Of a stretch of 64,000 nucleotides of DNA, positions 30,402 to 39,195 are shown one piece after another. The position numbers and the translations under genes were made by a program. The notes under the pieces were generated by a model. It searched no databases and was not told the origin of the DNA. It saw only the letters and a list, made by a program, of their open reading frames with translations. Position 1 is the first letter of the stretch. Each line of letters opens with the position of its first letter. The DNA is from Myxococcales bacterium (GTDB lineage: Bacteria; Myxococcota_A; Polyangia; Polyangiales; DASUME01), in assembly GCA_047601445.1 (NCBI GenBank), contig JASGJH010000001.1:288001-352000 (forward strand), read 5' to 3'.

Positions 30402-32048
30402 ATGACGCGTTGGTCCGTCGGGTGTGCACTGACTGTGGTGTTGCTCGCTGGCTTTCGCGGGCGCGTGCATGCCGATCCATTTCATCACCAGGCCATTCCG
30501 CTCGGCGAGAACGCATTGGGCATGGGCGGTGCGTTCGCGGGCGTGGCCAACGATCCTTCGTCCACCTACTACAACCCCGCGGGGCTCGCGCGACTCGAGG
30601 ACGTGTCGATCTCCGCGAGCCTCACGCTGAATGCCTTCGACCACCTGAATATCAAGAACGGTTTTCGCACCAACGAGGGCGAGACCGACCTCAAGCACAC
30701 CACCAAGCCCGCGCTGCCCGTGTTCGCGAGCTTCGTAAAGCAGCTGGGGTGGAAGGAAGGCAGTGCACGCCGACACGCCATCGCGTTCTCCACGCTCACG
30801 CCGGATCGCCGCCGGCTCGGCTTCGACGCGGAGATCGACGGGGGGCCGCGCGAGAACCGCAGAGTGGACACGCTGTCCGTGGCCGACGAGCGCACAGTGC
30901 GTTGGTACGGGCTCTCCTACGCCTATCGAGCTTCGCCGCAGCTCTCGTTCGGCTTGAGTACGTTCGTCTCCTTGAGCAGCATGTCCCACGCGGAAGAGCG
31001 CCTGGATCTCAAGCTCGCCGGCTACGACCCCGCAGACAACTCCTATGACAACTCGGTGGTCACGGTGCGCAGCACACGCGCGCGCTCCAATGTGGCCAAC
31101 GGCATCTTCCGGCTCGGCGTGCTCTACGCAGTCTCAGCGCGTCTGCGTGTGGGCGCCATGTTCCAGCCACCGAGCTTCAAGTTCAAGGGCAAGGCGTTCG
31201 TGCGCGATCGTGTGGTCACGGCAGCCGCCATTCCGGCGGCGCAGCAGGCGAACTACTACGTCGGCGAGCAGAAGGACCTCGCTTCGGCCGATCCCGTGCC
31301 CTGGGAGCTCCGGCTCGGCGTGAGCTGGGCCCCGAACTACGACATGCTGCTCTCGTTCGACGCCAGTGCCTACGGCAAGCGCGGCTCGCCGGACGACCCG
31401 GTGGTGGCGATCGGTCCGCGCGAGGTCACGCCTGGAACGCAGCGCGCGCCACAGCCCGGCGACTTCGTGGTGCAGGAGTGGTACGGCAAGCGCACGGGCA
31501 ACGTGGCCGCCGGTATGGAATACAAGATCCGCGAAGTGGTGCTGGTGCGCGCCGGCGCGTTCACGGATCTGTCGGCAGCGCCCAGCGTGCCCAAGGTCAG
31601 CCGAACCTACCGGCCATCGGATATCAATCGACTGGGCGCCACCTTTAGCGTGGGCCTGATCGCGCGCGGCTACGACGTCTCGCTCGGCGTGGTCGGCACC
31701 TTTGGTTGGGGTAAGACGCAATCTTTCTCACCCGATGATCTCGAGATCCCCTATCGACGCACCAGCGCCAAGGAGCAGACGTTGTTCGTGTTCCTGAGCG
31801 GCGCGCGGCGCGCTGCCGGCAAGCTGATGGAGGACACGTACGAGAAGCTGCGCGAGAAGATGAAGAATCGACAGACCCTCGAGGAAGAGGGCGAGCAAGA
31901 CGAGCCGATCGTGCCGAACGAGCCGATCGTGCCGAACGAGCCGAGCGAGACGAACGAACCGAAAGAACCGGAAGAACCGAGCGAGCCGAAAGAACCGAGC
32001 GAGCCGAAACAACCGAGCGAGCCCAACGAGCCGGACCAAAAGGACTGA
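30402..32048 (+). CDS. FadL/TodX-like outer-membrane channel with a Glu/Pro-rich C-terminal extension
   Basis: Signal peptide, then GENALGMGGAFAGVANDPSSTYYNPAGLA (FadL-type hatch motif) and amphipathic strands. Confidence 0.7.
   Translation: MTRWSVGCALTVVLLAGFRGRVHADPFHHQAIPLGENALGMGGAFAGVANDPSSTYYNPAGLARLEDVSISASLTLNAFDHLNIKNGFRTNEGETDLKHTTKPALPVFASFVKQLGWKEGSARRHAIAFSTLTPDRRRLGFDAEIDGGPRENRRVDTLSVADERTVRWYGLSYAYRASPQLSFGLSTFVSLSSMSHAEERLDLKLAGYDPADNSYDNSVVTVRSTRARSNVANGIFRLGVLYAVSARLRVGAMFQPPSFKFKGKAFVRDRVVTAAAIPAAQQANYYVGEQKDLASADPVPWELRLGVSWAPNYDMLLSFDASAYGKRGSPDDPVVAIGPREVTPGTQRAPQPGDFVVQEWYGKRTGNVAAGMEYKIREVVLVRAGAFTDLSAAPSVPKVSRTYRPSDINRLGATFSVGLIARGYDVSLGVVGTFGWGKTQSFSPDDLEIPYRRTSAKEQTLFVFLSGARRAAGKLMEDTYEKLREKMKNRQTLEEEGEQDEPIVPNEPIVPNEPSETNEPKEPEEPSEPKEPSEPKQPSEPNEPDQKD
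31901..32036 (+). repeat. Coding tandem repeat: 18-bp unit x2, then degenerate 9-bp units encoding (EPx)n
   Basis: cgagccgatcgtgccgaa twice, then GARCCGNNN units; protein EPIVPNEPIVPNEPSETNEPKEPEEPSEPKEPSEPKQPSEPNEPD. Confidence 0.85.
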
Positions 32049-32050
32049 GC

Positions 32051-33832
32051 TCACCAGCGCACGAACTCGGCACTCTCGGCGAGCAATGGCGCGCCCGAGT
32101 CGAAGCGAAGGCCGCCCACGCTCAGGGCGCCGCCCTCGGGCAGCCCCGTGGTGGTGTGGAAGGCTCGGGCCGCCGCGAGCCCCAACGCGGGTAAGGCCAC
32201 GAGCTGCGCAGGCTGCTCCGGCGAGAGCTGAAAGCGTTCGATACTCATGCTCAGGTTCTCGGAGAGATCACCAAAGCCTCCGCTCAGGAGCACACCGTCT
32301 TGGAGCTCGCCCGCCGCTCCGGCAAGGTGCGCCTGCAAGGTCTGACATGGCTGCGTCGCGCCGTCGTTCGCGTCGACGAGCATGCAGCGCCTCAGGTCGA
32401 CGGGCTCGCGGCAGCTGCCGAGCGGCGTGACCAGGCTGGTGGGCGCGAACATGGGAGCGGCAGAATCACCGCAAAAAGGCGGGTACGCGGGCGCCACCAG
32501 TGCGTGCGTGTGATCGGCGAAGCGCGCCGCCAGCGTGCGTGGGAACGCATACTCGGGGTGGGGCGAGTCGGGGGCGTCGACAGCCGGAAGCGGGAATGCC
32601 GTGGTGGTGGCCGAGCTGACGCTACCTGCGGGGTTCGTGCTCGAACTGATCCAGCGTTCCGCCAGCTCCTCGTTGGAGCGCGCGCGATTGCCGCCGAAGA
32701 TCCACACCGCGTCCGCTCCCATGCCCTGCATGCCGAGGGCGCTGGGCGTCTCGCGTTCTTGCAGAAGCGCTCCGAGCGACGTCTGGCTCACGCCGTAACC
32801 GCCGGGGCGCATGGCGTCGAAGCGCTCGAAGGTGCCCGCGCTGCTCGGCCCGCTGGTGCCGCCCACGAGGAGCACTTGCCCGGGCGCGCTGGTGAGCTCG
32901 GCCGCCGCGTGGAGGAAGCGGGCGGCGAGCAAGGGGGCTACCATGGCGGGAGCGGCAGCGCTGCCCACGAAGGCGCCGCGCGCGGGATCGCGCACGCTGC
33001 TGGCGTTCGCGTCGGGGTCGAATTGCTCGAAGGTCGCCAACGCGCTGCCCATTCCTGCAGCATCCACGGGGATGAAGCGAGGCAGGCGCGGGGCGGCAGC
33101 GTCGAACACCAAGAGCGCCTGGCTCGCACCGCCGGCCACGAGCACTCGGCCATCGGGCAAGGTGGTGGAGGTGTGCCCGGCGCGCGCCTCCAAGAGACCG
33201 CCCACGACCTCGTGAAAGCTCAAGCTGTTGGGATCGAACAACCAGGCATCCTCGAGCGCGCTCGCGCGGAAGCAACGCGCGTCCGCGGCGGTGCCCTCCG
33301 GACACGCGACACTGCTCGGCTCGCCAAAGCCGCCTGTGATGAGCACGCGCCCGTCGGGGAGTCGCGCCGCGCTGTGGAGGAAGCGGCCCGGGGGTGCGCC
33401 GCTGATGGGCTCGCTCTCGTTGGCGTTTACAAGGATGATCGGCGCGGCGAGCCGCTCGCCTCCGACGAGGGTCACCGGACCGTACCCGCCCACATAGGCG
33501 ATCTCGCCGCTCGCGAGCTGTCCCTCCACGCGTACGCTCACGCTGCTACCTGCAGGCAAGTCGTCGAGCGCGAGCTGGCGCCGCCCCTCGTTGGTCGCGA
33601 GTTCCGAGACCGCCGCCACCTGCAGTTGAGGTTCGGCGTCGCCCACACGATAGAGCACGCGCAGGAAGGCCACGTCCGGCGGCAGACCGGGACCACTGGG
33701 ACCCGTGAGGGCCAGCCCGAAACCGGCGGGCTCCGGCCCGGGGTCGGCACAGCTGGCAAGCGCGTGGAGCCCGAGGACGAAGGTCAGGGCGAGCCGCGTG
33801 CGGGTGGAACCGGGGCTGAGCACGGCGATCAC
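32051..33832 (-). CDS. Kelch/galactose-oxidase-repeat beta-propeller lipoprotein
   Basis: Lipobox LASC; repeats RFLHSAARLPDGRVLITGG, RAGHTSTTLPDGRVLVAGG and RAFHTTTGLPEGGALSVGG. Confidence 0.8.
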   Translation of the reverse strand: MIAVLSPGSTRTRLALTFVLGLHALASCADPGPEPAGFGLALTGPSGPGLPPDVAFLRVLYRVGDAEPQLQVAAVSELATNEGRRQLALDDLPAGSSVSVRVEGQLASGEIAYVGGYGPVTLVGGERLAAPIILVNANESEPISGAPPGRFLHSAARLPDGRVLITGGFGEPSSVACPEGTAADARCFRASALEDAWLFDPNSLSFHEVVGGLLEARAGHTSTTLPDGRVLVAGGASQALLVFDAAAPRLPRFIPVDAAGMGSALATFEQFDPDANASSVRDPARGAFVGSAAAPAMVAPLLAARFLHAAAELTSAPGQVLLVGGTSGPSSAGTFERFDAMRPGGYGVSQTSLGALLQERETPSALGMQGMGADAVWIFGGNRARSNEELAERWISSSTNPAGSVSSATTTAFPLPAVDAPDSPHPEYAFPRTLAARFADHTHALVAPAYPPFCGDSAAPMFAPTSLVTPLGSCREPVDLRRCMLVDANDGATQPCQTLQAHLAGAAGELQDGVLLSGGFGDLSENLSMSIERFQLSPEQPAQLVALPALGLAAARAFHTTTGLPEGGALSVGGLRFDSGAPLLAESAEFVRW

Positions 33833-33854
33833 CTATCAGAGTCGCCCGGAGCTG

Positions 33855-34730
33855 TCACTTCTGGCCGCGTAAGGCTACGACCCTGGCGTAGAGCTCTCGC
33901 TTGTCGAGTCCGTGCAGCGTCGCGAGCTCCCGCGCGATCTCCTTGGCACCGAGCCCCCTGGCGAGGCGCTCGCGGATCGAGGCCTCGATGTCCAGGGCCT
34001 CGGCAGCCTCGAGTTCGGGGTCCAGCTCGGCAGCGTCGCTCTCTTCCGCGGAGACCCCGTGACCCTCGATCACGAGCGTGATTTCCCCGCGGGGCTCCTG
34101 TTCCGTGAAATGGGCTACCAACTCCGCGAGGGAACCGCGCGCGGTCTCTTCGTGCAGCTTGGTGAGCTCGCGGCAGACCGCTGCCCGCCGGGTCTCGCCG
34201 CAGACTTGCGACAGCTCCCGCAGGGTATCGAGCAGGCGATTGGGGGCCTCGAACATCACGCTCGCCAATCGATCGCGCGCGATCTCCCCCAGGGACTCGC
34301 GGCGTCTGCGCCCCGAGCGCGGCAGAAAACCCACGAACCGGAACTGGTCCGTGCGCAGCCCGGAGACGCACAGGGCGGTGATGACAGCGCTCGCGCCCGG
34401 CACCGCCTCCACCGCCACGCCGCGCGCGATTGCAGCCTGCACCAGTGCCGCCCCCGGGTCGCTCACCAGCGGGGTCCCCGCGTCGGTCACCAGGGCGAAG
34501 TGCTTGCCTTCCGCGAGCTCGTCGGCGAGGCCCTCCACCCGGTCGCGCGAGCTGTGCGCATGGAGCGATGCGAGGGGCGTCTCGATGTTGTGATGCGCGA
34601 GCAGCGTCCTCGAGCGCCGGGTGTCTTCGGCGAGCACGCGCTCGGCCTCACGCAGCACACGCAAGGCACGCAAGCTGATGTCCTCGAGGTTGCCGATTGG
34701 CGTCGCCACCAGCCACAGACGACCGCTCAC
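33855..34730 (-). CDS. rsmI: 16S rRNA (cytidine1402-2'-O)-methyltransferase
   Basis: LVATPIGNLEDIS, AEDTR, TDAGTPLVSDPG, FVGFLP, RELTKLHE and RGEITLVI. Confidence 0.95.
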   Translation of the reverse strand: MSGRLWLVATPIGNLEDISLRALRVLREAERVLAEDTRRSRTLLAHHNIETPLASLHAHSSRDRVEGLADELAEGKHFALVTDAGTPLVSDPGAALVQAAIARGVAVEAVPGASAVITALCVSGLRTDQFRFVGFLPRSGRRRRESLGEIARDRLASVMFEAPNRLLDTLRELSQVCGETRRAAVCRELTKLHEETARGSLAELVAHFTEQEPRGEITLVIEGHGVSAEESDAAELDPELEAAEALDIEASIRERLARGLGAKEIARELATLHGLDKRELYARVVALRGQK

Positions 34731-35935
34731 GGCTCGAGCATCTCGTTCCCCAGCTTCTCCTCGAGATACTTCTTGAGGCGGAGCTGGAGCCGCTTCTCGA
34801 GCTGGCGCACGCGCTCACGACTGACGCCGAAGTCCGCGCCCAGCTCTTGCAGCGTGCGTGGGTCTTCTGCGAGCAGGCGTTGATCGAAGATTTGTCGCTC
34901 CTTGCCGGTCAAGGTCTCGCCGAAGGTGCGCAGTTCGCGGTGCAGGATTTGCCCGAGCTCCTCGTCGGCCAAGAGCTCGTCGACTCGCGTGCCCAGCGCG
35001 GGCATCAGGTCGACGCGGCTCTGGCTCTTGGAGTCATCGCCGCCGACGGGCGTGTCCAACGACATCTCACCCGCCGACAGGCGGCGATCCATCGAGGTCA
35101 CCTCTTCGGCGCTCACATCGAGGCGCTTGGCGATGTTCTCTGCGCTGGGCTCGATGCCCATGGCAGCCAGCCGCGCCTTCTCTTTGCTGAGGTTGAAGAA
35201 CAACTTGCGCTGGGCTTGCGTGGTTCCCAGCTTCACCAGGCGCCAGTTGTTGAGGATGAACCGCAAGATGTATGCGCGGATCCACCAGGCGGCGTAGCTC
35301 GAGAGCTTGACCCCCTTGTAGGGGTCGTACTTCTTGACCGCCTGCATCAACCCGATGTTTCCCTCCTGGATGAGGTCCATCACGTTGCGGTAGGCGCGCC
35401 GGTAGTCGTACGCAATCTTCACCACCAGGCGCAGGTTGCTCGTCACCAGCTGGCGAGCAGCCTCGAGGTCACCGGCTTCGTGATATCGCACGGCGAGTTC
35501 ACGCTGCGTCTCCGCGTCGAGCACCTCGTAGCGGTGCACGTCGCGCATGTAGGCCTGGAGCGCATCGTAGCGAGTGAGTGCGCCGCCGCCGTCGGGCACC
35601 GACTTGAGCGGCAGCTCGTAGCTGCTTTCCGCGCCGTCTTCCTCTTCGGCCGCGCCGGCCAGGGCCGCATCGTCCTCGCGCTCGAATTCGGTGTCATCGA
35701 CGATTTCGCCCTCGAGCGCATCGTCGTCCTGACGCGGGGCGTCGCTGCCTTCCGCGTCGTCCTCGCCCGGTTCGTAGGCATCCTCGGCGAGTTCGCTGGC
35801 GTCGTCGCTTTCCGGGCGCTCGCGTTCCTGCGGCGCGGGCGCTGGGGAGGCTTTGGCGCGTGCCTTGGTGCGGCCCGCGTTGGTGTTCGTTGCTGCCGGC
35901 CTCTTATCGGCCGCTGGTCGCCGCTCTTTGGCCAT
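34727..35935 (-). CDS. Sigma32/RpoH-family sigma factor with a long charged N-terminal extension
   Basis: LVTSNLRLVVKIA, DLIQEGNIGLM, YAAWWIRA, RpoH box LGTTQAQRKLFFNL and region 4 TLQELG..GVSRERVRQLE. Confidence 0.92.
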   Translation of the reverse strand: MAKERRPAADKRPAATNTNAGRTKARAKASPAPAPQERERPESDDASELAEDAYEPGEDDAEGSDAPRQDDDALEGEIVDDTEFEREDDAALAGAAEEEDGAESSYELPLKSVPDGGGALTRYDALQAYMRDVHRYEVLDAETQRELAVRYHEAGDLEAARQLVTSNLRLVVKIAYDYRRAYRNVMDLIQEGNIGLMQAVKKYDPYKGVKLSSYAAWWIRAYILRFILNNWRLVKLGTTQAQRKLFFNLSKEKARLAAMGIEPSAENIAKRLDVSAEEVTSMDRRLSAGEMSLDTPVGGDDSKSQSRVDLMPALGTRVDELLADEELGQILHRELRTFGETLTGKERQIFDQRLLAEDPRTLQELGADFGVSRERVRQLEKRLQLRLKKYLEEKLGNEMLEP

Positions 35936-35992
35936 GCCCGCGTGTTCCCGAGGAAAGTCGAAGCGGGACCGTAGCGCGTTACGGGCCGGTCG

Positions 35993-37039
35993 TCATTCGT
36001 CGTCGTCGCTGCCGGGCGTGGGGGCAGGGGCGGCTGGAGCCGCCTTGGGCCGAGCGTTGGAGCGCCCAGCGGGAATCGCGCGTACCGAGGACACCATCCC
36101 CGAAAGCCGCCAGGCCAGGCCACCGTCGGGCGTCTTCGCCGCCCTGATCTGCGAGCTGTTGTTGGCGTCGAGCAGCGAAAACATCGCTTTCGTGCGCGGC
36201 GTCTTGATCTTGTATGCCTCGGTGAAGCGCACCTGCAGCAGGATGTCGATGCGCGAGCGCCCGATGGGGTCCGCGAAGCGCACGTCGCCGTTGCCGTCGA
36301 GGACCACGTCGTCGCCGTTGGCGTTCAGCTTCCTGACCTGGCCCACGCCGTTCTTCACGTCGAGATCGATCGTGACGTCGCCAGCGTTCACCGGGTCGAT
36401 GGTGAGTCCGCCGAGCGAGCCAACCTTGAGCTTGGCCACGCCATCGCCCAGGGTCAGCCCCTTGATCACGAGCTTCACCGTGCCGTTGCTCTTGGTGGGG
36501 TCCTTGCCCAACGTGACGTCGAAGTCGCCTTGCAACATACCCTTGGCAGGCAGGGCGACCACGGACTCGAGCAGGCCGAGCTTGCCGATGTCGATGGCGG
36601 ACAGCGTGGCGTCGATGTGGCGCTGCTCGCCGTCCTCCTCGTAGGCGCCCTCGACCGCGCCTTGTTCGAGGTCTGCGTCGAAGGTGAGCGATTTGCCGCC
36701 GAACAGCAGGCTGAACAGCCCGAAGCGTGCGTGAGCTTCCTTCACCTTGACCGAGCCATCGTCGACGGGTTTGCCCTTTTCGGCCGGCGCCACGGGCGCG
36801 GCGACCAGCGCCGGGTCCTTCTGTTTGCGCACGACCACGTCGTTGAGCGTGACGCCGGTGAGCCAGTGAGGGGACAGCTCGCCGATCTCCAGGTTGTAGC
36901 CAGCGCCGCTCTGGGAGACCTTGTCGCTGATGAACGCCGCCACGCGGTCGTAGGGGAAGGTCCAGTAGCAAAACAGCCAGAACCACACCCAAAAGAAGGT
37001 GTTGTAGCCGGCCAACATCAGCACCTGTTTGCGGTTCAT
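35993..37039 (-). CDS. gspN: Type II secretion protein GspN (deltaproteobacterial type)
   Basis: N-terminal TM followed by YWTFPYD, beta-rich body; last gene of the gsp operon. Confidence 0.8.
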   Translation of the reverse strand: MNRKQVLMLAGYNTFFWVWFWLFCYWTFPYDRVAAFISDKVSQSGAGYNLEIGELSPHWLTGVTLNDVVVRKQKDPALVAAPVAPAEKGKPVDDGSVKVKEAHARFGLFSLLFGGKSLTFDADLEQGAVEGAYEEDGEQRHIDATLSAIDIGKLGLLESVVALPAKGMLQGDFDVTLGKDPTKSNGTVKLVIKGLTLGDGVAKLKVGSLGGLTIDPVNAGDVTIDLDVKNGVGQVRKLNANGDDVVLDGNGDVRFADPIGRSRIDILLQVRFTEAYKIKTPRTKAMFSLLDANNSSQIRAAKTPDGGLAWRLSGMVSSVRAIPAGRSNARPKAAPAAPAPTPGSDDDE

Positions 37040-37629
37040 GGCGCAGCCCCCGCGGGCTTCACCTCGCCGGCCGGTTTGGCTTCGCTCTTCTTGGCGACGG
37101 GTTCGTACGATGCGATGCCGAGGTCGACCTTGTAGCTGTCGCCCTGGGAGTAGTGCTCGATGAGGATGCGTTCCACCGCGATGGGCGAGCGTTCGTCGTC
37201 GATGCTGGCGAGCAAGTGCATGATGGGTCGCAGCGAGACGCCCGAGAAGCTCACGCGCACGCTTTGCCTGCGGTAGCCGCCCACCACCTTCTCGGGGTCT
37301 TCCACCACTTGGCGCACCTCGAGGCTTTCTTCCTTGGCCTTGCTCTCCACGTAGGCTGCCAGCGCGGGCGCGCGATTCTTGTAGCGCTGTTCGATGGCCT
37401 TACGCTCCGCCTCGCGCTTGTCGAGCACGACGCCCGCGCGGTCGATGTCCGAAAGCACGCTGCGGATCGCGTCGCGCTCCTCTTCTACCTCGGCCAGGGC
37501 AGTGGTGGTCGTCCACACCACCACGAACGCCAGCATCGTCAACAGCACGCCGCCCATGATCGAGAGCATCCGACGCTCGCGGTCAGACAGCTTCTCCCAG
37601 CTCTCGCGGATTCCGTCGAAGAAGTTCAT
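37036..37629 (-). CDS. gspM: Type II secretion protein GspM
   Basis: WEKLSDRERRML plus TM, coiled coil and ferredoxin-like C-terminus; lies between gspL and gspN. Confidence 0.82.
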   Translation of the reverse strand: MNFFDGIRESWEKLSDRERRMLSIMGGVLLTMLAFVVVWTTTTALAEVEEERDAIRSVLSDIDRAGVVLDKREAERKAIEQRYKNRAPALAAYVESKAKEESLEVRQVVEDPEKVVGGYRRQSVRVSFSGVSLRPIMHLLASIDDERSPIAVERILIEHYSQGDSYKVDLGIASYEPVAKKSEAKPAGEVKPAGAAP

Positions 37630-37631
37630 GG

Positions 37632-39120
37632 TCAACGACCTCCCTTTGCAGCTTGCCCGCCACGGGGTTTGGCCTTGGCCGCGCCGGGGCAGGCGATGGT
37701 CCCCGACAGCGTGTAGCTCTTCTTTTCCTGGCCCGGCACCGTGGAGGTCTTACCGCGCTCGAGTTGTTCGATGCACTCGTGGCCGTCGAGCGCGTCTGCG
37801 ACCTGGTCGCGCGCCACCAGGTCGGGCAGCTGCCCCTGCAGCTCGAAGCTGCCAGTCTGGCCCGTCTCGTCCAGCGAGATCTCGAGTTTGCGGGTGTCGT
37901 GGGTCACGCTCAGGGGCACCGCGGCCGAGATCGCCCCCAGCGCCCGCAGGGCGTCGAAGCGCGGCAGCGGATCCTTGTTCATGCCGCCGCCGTCCAGCAG
38001 CTCGCGTGCGCGCGCCGGCCGCGTGGTGCTCTCGCCGAAGCGGTCCTCGGTGACCTTGGCCAGCTTCTCTTGCAACGCATCGCGCTCCTCGCCGAGCACG
38101 CGGTACTCGGCCCAAACCCGGAACGAGTAGCTCAGGATCAAAGCCAGGGCGCAGCCCACTGCCAGCAAGGCGTACTCGCGCAGCTGACTCACGCCGCGCG
38201 GCAACGCGAAGCGTCCGCGGCGCAGGTCCAGGCGCTTGCCGCGACGAGCCGTGCGACCCGCCAGCGCCAAGGCCTTGCCAAACGCGGGCGAGGGGGCGGT
38301 CTGGACCGCCTTGGGAGCCGGCAGAGCCAGGCGCTCCACGGGCAGGTTCAACTCCTGGGCGAGATAGTCAGCCAGGCGTGGGTCCGCCGACTCCTCGCCC
38401 ATCAGCAACACCTTGTTGATCAAGGGGCCGCCCTCGGCTCGGTACTTCATGATGGTCTGCGAGAGCGCGTTGCGGAAGTTGGCCGGGCGCGTGCTCAGCG
38501 TCTGAACGCCCTCGTCGAGCGTGCGCCCCAGCTCACAGGCGCCGTTGCGCAGCACGCATACGTCGCAGCTCTCCACGTCGAGGTGCAGCAGCAACCAGGC
38601 TTCGTCGGCCGGTTGGGCCAAGAAGGGCGTGAGGCCATCGAGGGCGGCCGCACCCACCGCGAGCTCGCGGGGCTGGAGGTCGAGGCGCCCGAGCGAATCG
38701 AGCACGTCCTGGACCACGCTCTCCTGGACCGCGGCCGCCAAGAGCGCGACCTCGGTGCCCTCCATCCGCACCTCCTGGTAGTCCACCAGGGACTCCTCGA
38801 TGGGAAACGGCAGTAGTGGATTCGAGCTCGAACGGCAGAACCTCGGCCGCACGCTTGCGGGCAGCCGCCGGGATGGTGACCACGCGCAACGATGCGCGCG
38901 TGCCGTCGATGGCGGCCACCACGTTGTCAGGACTCGTCCCCAGCTGGGCGAGCAGCTCGCGCACCGCGGCGTGCAACACGCTCTCGCGGGGCGTTCCACC
39001 CTCGATGGCCGGGATGGGCACCTCCACGTAGCGCTCGATTTCCTGGCTGCGCATGCCGGTCCGAATCATGGCGCCGCGCACACTGCGTTGAGAGATGTCG
39101 ATGCCTAGGGTGGTAGCCAC
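37632..39120 (-). CDS. gspL: Type II secretion protein GspL (PilM-like cytoplasmic domain plus TM); frameshifted as sequenced at 38819-38823
   Basis: LGIDISQRSVR..EVLPFEL is in one frame, PLLPFPIEESLVDY..LDLRRGRFA-TM in the other. Removing one A gives FELDPLLPFP. Confidence 0.8.
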
Positions 39121-39195
39121 GGTGCTGGTCTTTCTGCTGCTGGTCCGCGGAGGATGGCCCGCGAGCCCTGACGAGGCGCGTTCGCGCCCAGTAAA

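Noticed and set aside
31901..32036. CRISPR array
   Set aside because: Short in-frame coding repeats with no unique spacers and no cas genes.
37632..39120. gspL (and mcl2, PP2C, TPR gene) as decayed pseudogenes
   Set aside because: Each shows a single identical lesion and no other visible decay within otherwise intact gene clusters, which favours a sequencing error.
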